From the IMG/VR virus record IMGVR_UViG_3300020564_000003: DNA of 33,328 bases, one strand, 5' to 3'. This document shows, piece after piece, positions 9,624 to 18,833 of this stretch. The DNA is from an uncultured virus (IMG/VR IMGVR_UViG_3300020564_000003) (lineage: Duplodnaviria > Heunggongvirae > Uroviricota > Caudoviricetes). The notes under the pieces are model-generated. The model saw only the letters and a program-made list of their open reading frames with translations. It was not told the origin of the DNA and did not search any database. Within the stretch, counting starts at the first letter, position 1; each line of letters starts with the position of its first letter. Position numbers and translations under genes: made by a program.

Positions 9624-10204
9624 TGTCTAAAGAAGATAACTTTCCACATTTCGTAGAGTATTCACCAAAAGAAGCTGGGCACTTTAAAGCCTTTATTCAG
9701 CGTGCAAAGAAAGCAAGCCCAATGGGTGCTGCAGTAGACGTGCACAAAGTTAGTGACTATAAAGGTATGCGGATGTTTAGTACTCCTGATGGGTTGGCTG
9801 GTTTTGCAGTTCATCCAAGCGGTGAATTGAACTCAGTATTTAAGCACCCAGATGCTCCGTACAAAGATGTAGCCCGTCACGCAGCAGAGCACGCTGTGCT
9901 AATTGGTGGAGCAACTCATGCCTCAGCTTTTGACCCTAAACTCCCAGAGATGTATGCAAAAGGTGGAATGCGACCTTTATCCCACGTCCAATGGAACGAA
10001 GATTACAAACCAAAAGGTTGGAGTACTCGTCGTCAAGGACGACCAAGTGTTGCATTCCTTGGCGCTGACAGAAGTGTGGCAAAAGAAGCAAACACAGGTA
10101 CAGCATATAAACCAGATAGCACTCCAGTAACATCTGATTACGACACAGGTATGGACGCAGCAAAACGTTTTGGAACGAAAAATACGCGAAAGAAGAGGGG
10201 CTAA
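9623..10204 (+). CDS. GNAT-like domain protein (type found in phage polyvalent proteins)
   Basis: DG.AGFAV.P.G.L.SVF...AV..GG...AFD..LP..Y..GG..P...V.WN..Y.P.GW pattern. Confidence 0.5.
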   Translation: MSKEDNFPHFVEYSPKEAGHFKAFIQRAKKASPMGAAVDVHKVSDYKGMRMFSTPDGLAGFAVHPSGELNSVFKHPDAPYKDVARHAAEHAVLIGGATHASAFDPKLPEMYAKGGMRPLSHVQWNEDYKPKGWSTRRQGRPSVAFLGADRSVAKEANTGTAYKPDSTPVTSDYDTGMDAAKRFGTKNTRKKRG

Positions 10205-10206
10205 TC

Positions 10207-10407
10207 ATGGACGATGGCGATGGCTCATTTATGGTGGAGATTCAGGCACGTCAAATTGCTGAGAATGCAACCCGTTACAAGGGTTCACACCCATGCTCAA
10301 CCTGCGGAATTATTATGAATCCAGTACAGGTTTTACACAGCAAAGGCATGTGTGCATCTTGTTACTCTCAAAAGATGTCTGACCGTATAAAGCGGAAGAT
10401 GGTTTAA
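10207..10407 (+). CDS. Small Zn-finger protein
   Basis: CSTCG...CASC; SD GAGGG. Confidence 0.7.
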   Translation: MDDGDGSFMVEIQARQIAENATRYKGSHPCSTCGIIMNPVQVLHSKGMCASCYSQKMSDRIKRKMV

Positions 10408-10409
10408 TC

Positions 10410-11381
10410 ATGGCTAAAAAGAAAAAAGCAGCAGCAAAACCTTCAGATAAAGTAGGTATGACACCTGAGCGTGAAGCCGAAATTGCTAAAGAAACTGAAG
10501 CATCGTTAGCTGCTGCCCGCGAATCTGAGTCAAAGCGCATTGCACGTGTCGGCGCAACTGGTGTAAAGGGCACAACAGAACGTACAGCGGTAAGTGTTGA
10601 CGCTAACCCAGGAGTAAAGTTTAAAAAGAAACTTACTCGTGACACAAAAACTGGCCGTGCAAAAGTAGCAGACGTTGAAGCCCGACCAACTGTAGGGCAA
10701 GAAGACCAGGGTCCCTCTGCTGCTCCTAAAATTCAACTTCCAGGACCTGTTATCAGTACTGGAAAAAAATTAGCGCAAAAAGGTATTAGAGCCCCTAAGC
10801 GCGGCGAACTTGCTCGCGGCATCACTATTGTTGACCCAGGTCCAAAAAGAAAAAAGAAAACACGCTCAAAGACAGTTGTGCGAGACGCAGATACTGGTCG
10901 TGCACGTCAGCGACGTCCAGAAGAGTTTACAAGAACAGAAGTAGAGCCAGTAGCTCCAAAACCTGAGCGCACTCGTCCTACCCTTGCTCCAGGAGCAGGA
11001 CCACAACGTGAACCTGTCCATATTGATGTAACTGCACCTGCGGGTAACCAAGCAAGCCGTAAGTTAAAGGGATTAGCAGTTCCTCACAAAGTCATTGCTC
11101 CAGCAGTAAACCAAGCTCTTAAACATTTAGACGATATGGCAGCAACTAAAGGCACCACTGAGCACCACAGTCACGCACAGGCATTTAACGCTATTCACCC
11201 TACGATTTTAGGTATGGACGCCACTATCCACCACGCATTAGGGGTTATGCATAACCACGTAATGCACCCAAAGGATAATTCTTCTAGCGTTATAACCATA
11301 ATTAAGTCTGGTATTGCCGATAGACTATCTGAGGGTAAAAAGATGGAAACCCAGCGAGCCCAGAGACAAGGAAGAAGATAA
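10410..11381 (+). CDS. Basic, largely disordered protein with His-rich helical C-terminus
   Basis: 323-aa K/R/A/P-rich ORF. Confidence 0.75.
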   Translation: MAKKKKAAAKPSDKVGMTPEREAEIAKETEASLAAARESESKRIARVGATGVKGTTERTAVSVDANPGVKFKKKLTRDTKTGRAKVADVEARPTVGQEDQGPSAAPKIQLPGPVISTGKKLAQKGIRAPKRGELARGITIVDPGPKRKKKTRSKTVVRDADTGRARQRRPEEFTRTEVEPVAPKPERTRPTLAPGAGPQREPVHIDVTAPAGNQASRKLKGLAVPHKVIAPAVNQALKHLDDMAATKGTTEHHSHAQAFNAIHPTILGMDATIHHALGVMHNHVMHPKDNSSSVITIIKSGIADRLSEGKKMETQRAQRQGRR

Positions 11382-11680
11382 TGGCGAAGAGTATTAAAAA
11401 TCCTGCAGTTGCAGCAGCGGCAAAAGCTGGCTCAATTAAAGCAATGCCAAAGAAAGAACCAATTAAGAAAGTTCCAGTAGAAAACATTTCAAAGCCTGCA
11501 ACTAAATTTTTTGGTGTCGCAACTTTGAAAGGACGAGGAAAGCCAAAGATGGTTGAGCCTGGTTCTAAAAAAGAAGCAAAACTTAAAGCTAAATCGGAAT
11601 GGGCTGACGCGTACGAAAAGAAATCTGCTGCAAAGTCTAAAGCTAAAATGGATAAGCTTAAAGCGAAAGGTAAAATCTAA
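11381..11680 (+). CDS. Lys/Ala-rich basic protein
   Basis: TAATG coupling; histone-H1-like composition. Confidence 0.7.
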   Translation: MAKSIKNPAVAAAAKAGSIKAMPKKEPIKKVPVENISKPATKFFGVATLKGRGKPKMVEPGSKKEAKLKAKSEWADAYEKKSAAKSKAKMDKLKAKGKI

Positions 11681-11871
11681 TGGAGTGGAACGACCGTCGT
11701 AAGGCTAGAAAAGCTGCTAAAACAGGCGCTAAATTAGTTGAGGAATGGAAGCAAAACAAAGGTAGAGCACTCCACGAGACTGGCGCGTTTCGGGCACAAG
11801 ATAGTAACTGGAACCGTCCTAAGCATTCTTCACAGGCAGAGAGCCAAGCAGCAAGAGAATTGGATTGGTAA
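11680..11871 (+). CDS. Hypothetical protein
   Basis: TAATG coupling; 63 aa. Confidence 0.6.
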   Translation: MEWNDRRKARKAAKTGAKLVEEWKQNKGRALHETGAFRAQDSNWNRPKHSSQAESQAARELDW

Positions 11872-11881
11872 AGGAACTCAC

Positions 11882-12088
11882 ATGACAGTTAACTCATCAC
11901 GCTCAATGAACGCCTCACTAGATGCAGGCGCAACAGACGGCAAGTATCGCAAAGCTCGTCCAGATACAGAGGTAATTCCTGGTAACGGTGACGAAGCAAC
12001 GCTAGACAACCGTCAATCACTGCATCCTTTTTATGGTTATGGTTTCATCACATCTGAGTTCCCAAACAAGGTAAACCCAGGTAAGTAA
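11882..12088 (+). CDS. Hypothetical protein
   Basis: SD AAGGA before ATG 11882. Confidence 0.65.
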   Translation: MTVNSSRSMNASLDAGATDGKYRKARPDTEVIPGNGDEATLDNRQSLHPFYGYGFITSEFPNKVNPGK

Positions 12089-12090
12089 TC

Positions 12091-12474
12091 ATGGCTAAAA
12101 GAACTTCTAACCGTAACGCGGGACCGCTTATTGCAGCTCGTGAACCTTTTAAAGGAAATAACTTTGAAGGTCACCCAGGAGCACCACGTTCACACGGCTG
12201 GTTATCTGGCACTCAGTTTTCAGAATCTCTAAAGGGCCTAAAGAACATTGACTACACAGTTAACGACCCACGTTCTAACACGCCTTTGGCTGTACACCAC
12301 GAAGGTGGATGGCACTACCCAGATGTTTACCACAGTTCAACTACTGCACAAAAGCAAGCGGTTACTCGCCGTGCAATTGGCGTAAAGAGTGCTCGTGAAA
12401 CAAAGATGGAAGAGCGTGCAGCCAAGCGTAAAGCAAAGCAAGAAGCAACAGACCACGAGCTCTGGAACAAGTAA
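12091..12474 (+). CDS. Hypothetical phage protein
   Basis: 127-aa ORF; YTV...TPLA.H..W..PD..HS.TT..Q pattern resembles a recurrent uncharacterised phage family. Confidence 0.65.
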   Translation: MAKRTSNRNAGPLIAAREPFKGNNFEGHPGAPRSHGWLSGTQFSESLKGLKNIDYTVNDPRSNTPLAVHHEGGWHYPDVYHSSTTAQKQAVTRRAIGVKSARETKMEERAAKRKAKQEATDHELWNK

Positions 12475-12687
12475 ATGAGAACGGCAGTTGGAGCACCAGA
12501 CCCTGGTGAGTTTGAGCGTAGACAACCCCATAACTTGTTTAACGACCGACGTGTTGGAGGAAAAGCAAAGAACCGTGCTTCTCTTGAGACTTACCACGCT
12601 AAACCAGTAAAGAAGGCTTCTGGAGGTCAAGTTCCACCAAAGGGACCAAACGACCAATATCAAAAATATAAAGGTAAAAATAAATAA
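12475..12687 (+). CDS. Hypothetical protein
   Basis: Abuts the upstream stop; 70 aa, basic. Confidence 0.6.
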   Translation: MRTAVGAPDPGEFERRQPHNLFNDRRVGGKAKNRASLETYHAKPVKKASGGQVPPKGPNDQYQKYKGKNK

Positions 12688-12722
12688 TCTGTTAGGATAT
12701 TCGGACTAATACAAGGAGCACA

Positions 12723-13271
12723 ATGAGTAACGTACCTATTCTTGGCGAAAAGAAGATGGACAATGAACCGATGTTTCGGTTGTTGTACTGTCTTGTCTGT
12801 CAATCTTTAGACGAACTTCCCCCATACGATGGTGACCCAGAACAAGACCACCTGTTAGCAATCGCCTGTGAAGCACACGTATTCCCATCAGGTGAGCCAC
12901 ATAAAGGTAAGTTGTTTGTTCTCCCATTACGTGCTTGGGCAAAGACAGAGTCTAAAAAAGAAATTGTTCGTCAGATTAAAGGCGGAGGCTCTAAAGGTTT
13001 AGCCGAAGTTGATGATACTTTCTACGACTCCCGCTCTATGTTCCTTGAAGACGCAATGAAATGCTACCAACAACATAACAAGCCAAAAGACGGCTGCAGC
13101 GATTGGCAAATTAAAGAAAAATTACTCATCCCTAATACTGCAAAAGAACGTAAAGCAGAGGGTATGGGTCGCTACCAGGATGAAGCAGGTCCAAAGACCT
13201 ACCTCTGTAATTTCTGCCCAGTATCTATCGCAGTAAACCAACGCAAACAAAAACTGTTAGGACTAAACTAA
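12723..13271 (+). CDS. Cys/His-rich (probably Zn-binding) hypothetical protein
   Basis: SD AAGGAG; CLVC, H..H, C..H...C, CNFCP. Confidence 0.75.
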   Translation: MSNVPILGEKKMDNEPMFRLLYCLVCQSLDELPPYDGDPEQDHLLAIACEAHVFPSGEPHKGKLFVLPLRAWAKTESKKEIVRQIKGGGSKGLAEVDDTFYDSRSMFLEDAMKCYQQHNKPKDGCSDWQIKEKLLIPNTAKERKAEGMGRYQDEAGPKTYLCNFCPVSIAVNQRKQKLLGLN

Positions 13272-13558
13272 TGACTGAAGAGACACCCCAGATTCAAGCA
13301 GCATATTCCGTCGTAATTAAGGCAGATGGAACGCTAGAAACAATTCCTGTTACTGAGAACGTGATGCGTATTGCTAGTACCTACGACATCTATCAGACTA
13401 GCAAGCAGTTAGTATCAGAGATAGATGACTTCCTACTGGCTGAACGTGTTGCTAAAGCCGTAGTTGATGCTTTACAGCCTGTGTCTCCTGGTGAGCAGCA
13501 GCGTGCAAAGATTGCTGAAGCATTATCTGAACGTGGGATAGACCCAACAAAAGCTTAA
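13271..13558 (+). CDS. Hypothetical protein
   Basis: TAATG coupling; 95 aa. Confidence 0.7.
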   Translation: MTEETPQIQAAYSVVIKADGTLETIPVTENVMRIASTYDIYQTSKQLVSEIDDFLLAERVAKAVVDALQPVSPGEQQRAKIAEALSERGIDPTKA

Positions 13559-13577
13559 TACGCTCTAAACTAAGGCT

Positions 13578-14510
13578 ATGTTTAAGAACTTAGGAAGTAA
13601 CTCAAACCCTGTACACATTCAGGGAACTGCTACCTCCTATTTTTCCGCCCCCGAAACAGAGTTAGACCCTAAGTTATTCTCAGAAAAGACTTTAAAGGGA
13701 TGGGTTCGTAATGGAATCCTGCAACTTCTATTTGGGTTTCTAAACGAGAAGTACCGTAACCCAAACCTATGGGCACACGTATGGATTGCAGGCTCTGGTG
13801 TCTCATACCAGTGGTCAGCAGCACGTCAACCTGGAGATTTAGATGTTCTTATTGGAGTGAACTACATCCAATTCCGCAGAGCACACCCAGAGTTTAAGGG
13901 TCTTGGTGATGTAGAGATTAGCCGTATGTTGAATGAAGACTTCCGCAATCACTTACAGCCAGAGACACAGAATTGGAATGGGTACGAGGTTACTTTTTAC
14001 GTAAACCCAGGTGCTACTGACATTCGCACTATCAACCCTTACGCAGCCTACGACTTAACCCACAACGAGTGGACAGTACACCCTGAGCAAACCTCTGCGC
14101 CAGAGAACCGTGTATGGGACGAGTTTGCAAAGCGTGACCTAGTAAAGGCAACAGAGATTGTCACACGCTATACCAAGGCTCTGACTGATGTGCAGGGAGC
14201 CCAGAACGACCCAGCACGCCGTAATGCAGAGGCACAACTACACGCAGCCCTAATACAGGGCTCTGCAATGTATGAAGACATCCACGGAGCACGGAAGTTT
14301 GCTTTCCGTCCAGAGGGTGAAGGTTATGCAGATTTTTACAACTATAGATGGCAGGCTGGTAAGAAGTACGGAACCGTACCTGCCCTACGAAAGATGTCTG
14401 AGTACTGGTCAGCATACAAAGCGCAACAAGCAGACGATACCTACGGCGTTGAACTGCCCGATACTCAGACCCTAATTAGAAGAGCGGCAACCTACCGAGC
14501 AAAGGGATAG
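13578..14510 (+). CDS. Pol-beta-superfamily nucleotidyltransferase
   Basis: WIAGSGVSY...GDLDVLI (GS..DxD) and YEVTFYV third acidic residue; TAAACT -10 lies 6 nt before ATG (leaderless). Confidence 0.75.
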   Translation: MFKNLGSNSNPVHIQGTATSYFSAPETELDPKLFSEKTLKGWVRNGILQLLFGFLNEKYRNPNLWAHVWIAGSGVSYQWSAARQPGDLDVLIGVNYIQFRRAHPEFKGLGDVEISRMLNEDFRNHLQPETQNWNGYEVTFYVNPGATDIRTINPYAAYDLTHNEWTVHPEQTSAPENRVWDEFAKRDLVKATEIVTRYTKALTDVQGAQNDPARRNAEAQLHAALIQGSAMYEDIHGARKFAFRPEGEGYADFYNYRWQAGKKYGTVPALRKMSEYWSAYKAQQADDTYGVELPDTQTLIRRAATYRAKG

Positions 14511-14513
14511 ACC

Positions 14514-15008
14514 ATTAACATACTCGTATCACTAGACGGCGTACTAAGTTCGGACTCTGGGGAACCAATCCGTGCAGGAGTGGCGCTTTACTACGCCCTA
14601 AACATCAACAACCGTGTTGCCATTATGACTTCTCGCAAAGAAGCAGATGCTAAGCAATGGTTACAGTCGCACGGAATCATTAACTACGACGACTTGATTG
14701 ACTCTTCTTTTGAGCTGGCAGGTGAGGACCTAAAGAAGAGACAGTTCGTTATCTCTCGTTCCAGAGCTCCGATTGAGATGTATGTAGATGCTGACCCAAC
14801 TATGTGTGCTTGGGTGTTTGAAGAACAACGAGTTCCAGCAATCCTCTTTAGCCACCCTAATTTTGCAGCCGTTGAGAACCGACCAGATGCTCCAAAGAAG
14901 GTACGACGCTGGTCAGATATTGAAGAGGCTATTAACAAAGTCAACATCGCACGTTCAGAACAAGCTCAAAGACCAAAAGATACAGTGGCTGAACTCTGGT
15001 CTGATTGA
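14514..15008 (+). CDS. HAD-fold protein (degenerate motif I), probable ATT start
   Basis: In-frame extension INILVSLDGVL (motif I-like), IMTSR (motif II), K, MYVDAD (motif IV). Confidence 0.6.
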   Translation: MNILVSLDGVLSSDSGEPIRAGVALYYALNINNRVAIMTSRKEADAKQWLQSHGIINYDDLIDSSFELAGEDLKKRQFVISRSRAPIEMYVDADPTMCAWVFEEQRVPAILFSHPNFAAVENRPDAPKKVRRWSDIEEAINKVNIARSEQAQRPKDTVAELWSD

Positions 15009-16513
15009 TGCGTATCATCTTTAGCGGGGCTGAAGTAGGCTCCAATCGCAATCTTCTTTTCGGCTCAAAGGTTGAGTCAATGGGACTCAACTTTTGGACT
15101 CTTCGCAAAAGAGGGTTGCCTACTACCAAAAGATGGTTGATTAGCGAGCATTTTGACGCTGACACCCAGGTGTTCATTGAGTCTGGTGCAGCTCAAGCTG
15201 ACAAAGCAGGGCTCTCAAAAGAAGAATTAACTTCTTTAGCCGCTGATTACCAAGAGTTCCTTGTGGATAACTCTGAGAGAGCATCAGCTTTTATGGAGTT
15301 TGACTCCATTGTTTTGGGTAAAGAATGGGTAGAAGCACAGCGACACTTCTACGAACACGACCCTAAGTTTTGGGTAGTCTGGCACGAAGAGTATGGGCTT
15401 CCTTCCCTTAAACTAATGTCTCAGACCTACCAGAACGTAGTCATACCCAATGATGAGATTGAGGCTGTAACCAGCCTAGCCGCCCTCACACGGGGCTACC
15501 AGAGGCAGTTTGGAACTCAGTATCACGCCCTTGCCTGTGCCAAGCCAGACAACATCCGACAGGTACCATTTAGCACTGCCAGCACATTGTCGTGGCTTAG
15601 TCCAATGCGCAGAGGTGAAACAATCGTCTGGGATGGCGCTCAAATTAAGCGTTACCCAAAGCGTATGAAAGACCAGGCACGCCCTCGCTACAAACGCATT
15701 GTAGAGAAGGCAGGGCTAGACTATTTAGGGTTTAGCCAAGATAACACCCTTGAAGCGACTAGAGTTGCGGTCTGGTCATACCTACAGTTAGAGGCATCAA
15801 TGGACAAGAAAACCCCTGATTTGCACATCATTGATGGTGGCAAAAACAAGGAAGTATCTGATAACAGCGACACCCCACTTATGAGTGGTTTGATGGAACT
15901 AGGGGGGGTACTTTCTGATAACAGTGCTTCTGAGATGCGGAAACTTGAACGCCCAGAAGTAGTCCAAAGAGACCCTTCAGAGGTTCAGAACCTACCTGTT
16001 TTTGGGTACAAAATGAAGACCGTGGTTGAAACAGATGAAGACGGTAAAGATGTTCTTATGGACATCCCAGTAGTACAGACCCAGCAAACATCTTTAAGGC
16101 AATGTGACACTTGCTTTGTGGCTGCTAACTGTCCAGCCTTTAAACCACAAAACACCTGTGCTTTTAACCTGCCGATTGAAGTCAAGACCAAAGACCAACT
16201 CAAGGCTTTGATGACCTCAATGATTGAAATGCAGGGTCAAAGAGTCGCTTTTATGCGTTTTGCTGAAGAAATGAATGGTGGATACGCAGACCCAAACGTG
16301 TCTCAAGAAGTTGACCGCTTAATTAAAATGGTTAAAGAAGTTAACGACATGGCCTCAGACAAAGAGTTCATTCAGATTACAGCACAGCGTCAAGGTGCTG
16401 GTGGAGTTCTCTCTGCCATCTTTGGAGACAAAGCTCAAGCTCTGAGAGAGTTACCTCAGACCTTAAAAGAAGATACAGTCACTAAGATTATCCAGTCTTC
16501 AATAGAAGATTAA
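15008..16513 (+). CDS. TGT/DpdA-like TIM-barrel protein (degenerate) fused to a Cys-rich helical C-terminal domain
   Basis: VFIESGA, FMEFD, VVWH, YHALA, VPFSTASTLSW...RRG in the order of the phage TGT-like motifs DSGA/H.LG/S.DS.SW; CDTC...CPAF...C. Confidence 0.5.
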   Translation: MRIIFSGAEVGSNRNLLFGSKVESMGLNFWTLRKRGLPTTKRWLISEHFDADTQVFIESGAAQADKAGLSKEELTSLAADYQEFLVDNSERASAFMEFDSIVLGKEWVEAQRHFYEHDPKFWVVWHEEYGLPSLKLMSQTYQNVVIPNDEIEAVTSLAALTRGYQRQFGTQYHALACAKPDNIRQVPFSTASTLSWLSPMRRGETIVWDGAQIKRYPKRMKDQARPRYKRIVEKAGLDYLGFSQDNTLEATRVAVWSYLQLEASMDKKTPDLHIIDGGKNKEVSDNSDTPLMSGLMELGGVLSDNSASEMRKLERPEVVQRDPSEVQNLPVFGYKMKTVVETDEDGKDVLMDIPVVQTQQTSLRQCDTCFVAANCPAFKPQNTCAFNLPIEVKTKDQLKALMTSMIEMQGQRVAFMRFAEEMNGGYADPNVSQEVDRLIKMVKEVNDMASDKEFIQITAQRQGAGGVLSAIFGDKAQALRELPQTLKEDTVTKIIQSSIED

Positions 16514-16675
16514 CTATCTGATAACAGTACCTACTGTAACTTGAACTACGGTTCACCCTGCGCAGATAGATTTTGAAGTAAACAAAGTTAGCAAGTGCGT
16601 GGTAGGTTTCGCCACGGCACAATAGGTCTCCCTGTTGAGGGGTATTTACACAAACATAGAAATGGTGGTAAGGAA

Positions 16676-18712
16676 TTGGGTCTGTTTTCTTTTGAACTAA
16701 CAACTGACTTCGTCGCTTCGTACAAGGACAAGAAGGCTCCTTTTGGGTATAGGGATGCCGCTGGAAACTCGGTTGGAGAAATCACTTTTCTTCGTACCTA
16801 TTCACGCCTAAAGGCAGATGGTACTAAGGAGACTTGGGTAGATGTATGTGAGCGTGTCATCAACGGTATGTACTCACTGCAGAAAGACCACGCTAAGCGT
16901 CAGCGTCTTCCTTGGTCAGACGCTAAGGCAGCAGCCTCGGCTAAAGAAGCATTTGACCGTCTCTTCAACCTGAAGTGGACTCCACCTGGACGTGGACTAT
17001 GGGTAATGGGTACCCCACTCGTTAATGAGCAACGCAACTCTGCTGCTTTGCAGAACTGTGCGTTTGTATCTACTGGGTCAATGGTAAAGACCGACCCAGC
17101 CAAACCATTCGCTTTCCTTATGGAAGCCTCAATGCTCGGAGTGGGCGTTGGCTTTGATGATAAGGGAGCAGATAAGGACTTCACAATCTATGAACCAAAA
17201 GAAACTTACGAGTATAAAATCCCTGACACCAGAGAAGGATGGGTTGAATCTACAGCCGCCCTCATCAATTCCTACCTCAAGCCAGATACGAAGACTCCAG
17301 TATTTGATTACGAAGAAATCCGCCCAGCAGGTGCACCAATCAAAACCTTTGGTGGAACAGCCGCAGGACACGAACCTCTCTTAAGACTGCACACCCACAT
17401 CAGCAAGATGTTTACTGGTCGTGCTGGTGGGAAGTTATCTAAGACAGATATTGCTGACATTGGAAATATGATTGGTGTGTGCGTTGTCTCAGGCAATGTG
17501 CGCCGTAGTGCTGAGCTTCTCATTGGTCAGATTGATGATGATACCTTCTTAAACCTTAAGAACCCAGAGGTCTTTCCTGAACGCAACTCGTACGACCCTG
17601 CTAACCCAGGTTGGGCTTGGATGTCTAACAACTCTGTAGAAGCAAAGGTTGGTTCAGACTTCTCTAAGATTATTGACGGCATTGTCCGTAACGGTGAGCC
17701 TGGAGTTGTGTGGATGGATGTATCACGCAAGTACGGTCGTCTCATTGACCCACCTAACAACAAGGACTGGCGAATTGCTGGCTACAACCCTTGTGCTGAA
17801 CAGTCTCTTGAATCTTATGAGTGTTGCACACTTGTTGAGACTTACTTAAATCGTCACACTGATTTAGAGGACTTCAAAAGAACATTGAAGTTTGCGTACC
17901 TTTACGCCAAGACCGTAACTCTTCTTCCAACTCACTGGGAAGAGACGAACGCAATTATGCAACGCAACCGCCGTATCGGAACATCAATCTCTGGTATTGC
18001 TAACTTTGCAGATAACAACGGTTGGACTGTATTGCGTGACTGGCTAAACACTGGCTACGAAGTCGTAAAGAAGTATGACGAGTCTTACTCCGAGTGGCTT
18101 GGAATCCGTCAGTCAATCAAGATGACTACGGTAAAGCCATCAGGAACTGTGTCTATCCTTGCTGGTGAGTCTCCTGGGGTTCACTGGGCATCAGGCGGTA
18201 AGTTCTTTAACAGAGCAATCCGCTTTGCAAACTCTGACCCAATGCTTCCGCTATTTAAGATGGCTAACTACAGAGTTGAACCAGCCTCTGAATCTCCAGA
18301 AACAACAAGCGTTGTCTTCTTCCCAATTGAAACGGACGCAAAGAGAGCCGAAAAAGAAGTTTCAGTTCACGAGAAGGTTGCACTTGCTGTAGTTGTACAG
18401 CGTTACTGGTCAGATAACTCTGTTTCTGTAACCGTCACATTTGACCCTGAGAAGGAAGCAGACTCTATTGCTTCTATTTTGCATATGCACGATGGTCAGC
18501 TAAAGACGATTAGTTTCTTACCAATGGGTAATATGGTCTATCCTCAGATGCCTTACACACAGATTACATCTGAAGAGTATGAAGAAGGTCGTATGAATCT
18601 AATGCCAATTGACTTATCAGGTGTCTACGCAGGTATGGCAGCCGATGCTATCGGAGAGGCTTACTGTACAACAGACGCTTGTGAGGTCAAATTAATCAAG
18701 GACAGTAAATGA
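16676..18712 (+). CDS. nrdJ: Class II (AdoCbl-dependent) ribonucleotide reductase, monomeric RTPR type
   Basis: RTYSR, PPGRGLW, LQNCAF, GNVRRSA, NPCAEQ, TVKPSGTVS, C-terminal CTTDAC; TTG 16676 preferred to GTG 16595. Confidence 0.95.
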   Translation: MGLFSFELTTDFVASYKDKKAPFGYRDAAGNSVGEITFLRTYSRLKADGTKETWVDVCERVINGMYSLQKDHAKRQRLPWSDAKAAASAKEAFDRLFNLKWTPPGRGLWVMGTPLVNEQRNSAALQNCAFVSTGSMVKTDPAKPFAFLMEASMLGVGVGFDDKGADKDFTIYEPKETYEYKIPDTREGWVESTAALINSYLKPDTKTPVFDYEEIRPAGAPIKTFGGTAAGHEPLLRLHTHISKMFTGRAGGKLSKTDIADIGNMIGVCVVSGNVRRSAELLIGQIDDDTFLNLKNPEVFPERNSYDPANPGWAWMSNNSVEAKVGSDFSKIIDGIVRNGEPGVVWMDVSRKYGRLIDPPNNKDWRIAGYNPCAEQSLESYECCTLVETYLNRHTDLEDFKRTLKFAYLYAKTVTLLPTHWEETNAIMQRNRRIGTSISGIANFADNNGWTVLRDWLNTGYEVVKKYDESYSEWLGIRQSIKMTTVKPSGTVSILAGESPGVHWASGGKFFNRAIRFANSDPMLPLFKMANYRVEPASESPETTSVVFFPIETDAKRAEKEVSVHEKVALAVVVQRYWSDNSVSVTVTFDPEKEADSIASILHMHDGQLKTISFLPMGNMVYPQMPYTQITSEEYEEGRMNLMPIDLSGVYAGMAADAIGEAYCTTDACEVKLIKDSK

Positions 18713-18798
18713 AAACAAAGTGCTTACAATGTTTTGAAGAGTTTGAAGAACTACCAAAAGAATCTTCTGACGGTATTTGTTACTCGTGTAGAGACTAA
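18709..18798 (+). CDS. 29-aa CxxC...CxxC microprotein
   Basis: MKTKCLQCFEEFEELPKESSDGICYSCRD; ATGA overlap with the nrdJ stop, SD AAGGA, ends just before the terminator. Confidence 0.6.
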   Translation: MKTKCLQCFEEFEELPKESSDGICYSCRD

Positions 18799-18801
18799 GA
18801 A

Positions 18802-18827
18802 AAGCCCCCCAGTTATTTGGGGGGCTT
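18802..18827. terminator. Bidirectional intrinsic terminator at the convergence of the two arms
   Basis: AAGCCCCCCA-GTTATT-TGGGGGGCTT flanked by A- and T-rich tracts. Confidence 0.85.
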
Positions 18828-18833
18828 CTTCTT

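Noticed and set aside
16514..16675. Cobalamin riboswitch upstream of the B12-dependent RNR
   Set aside because: Some stems are present (CTATCTG/CAGATAG; GTGCGTGG/CCACGGCAC) but no recognisable B12-box or GGGAA core; an Rfam scan would settle it
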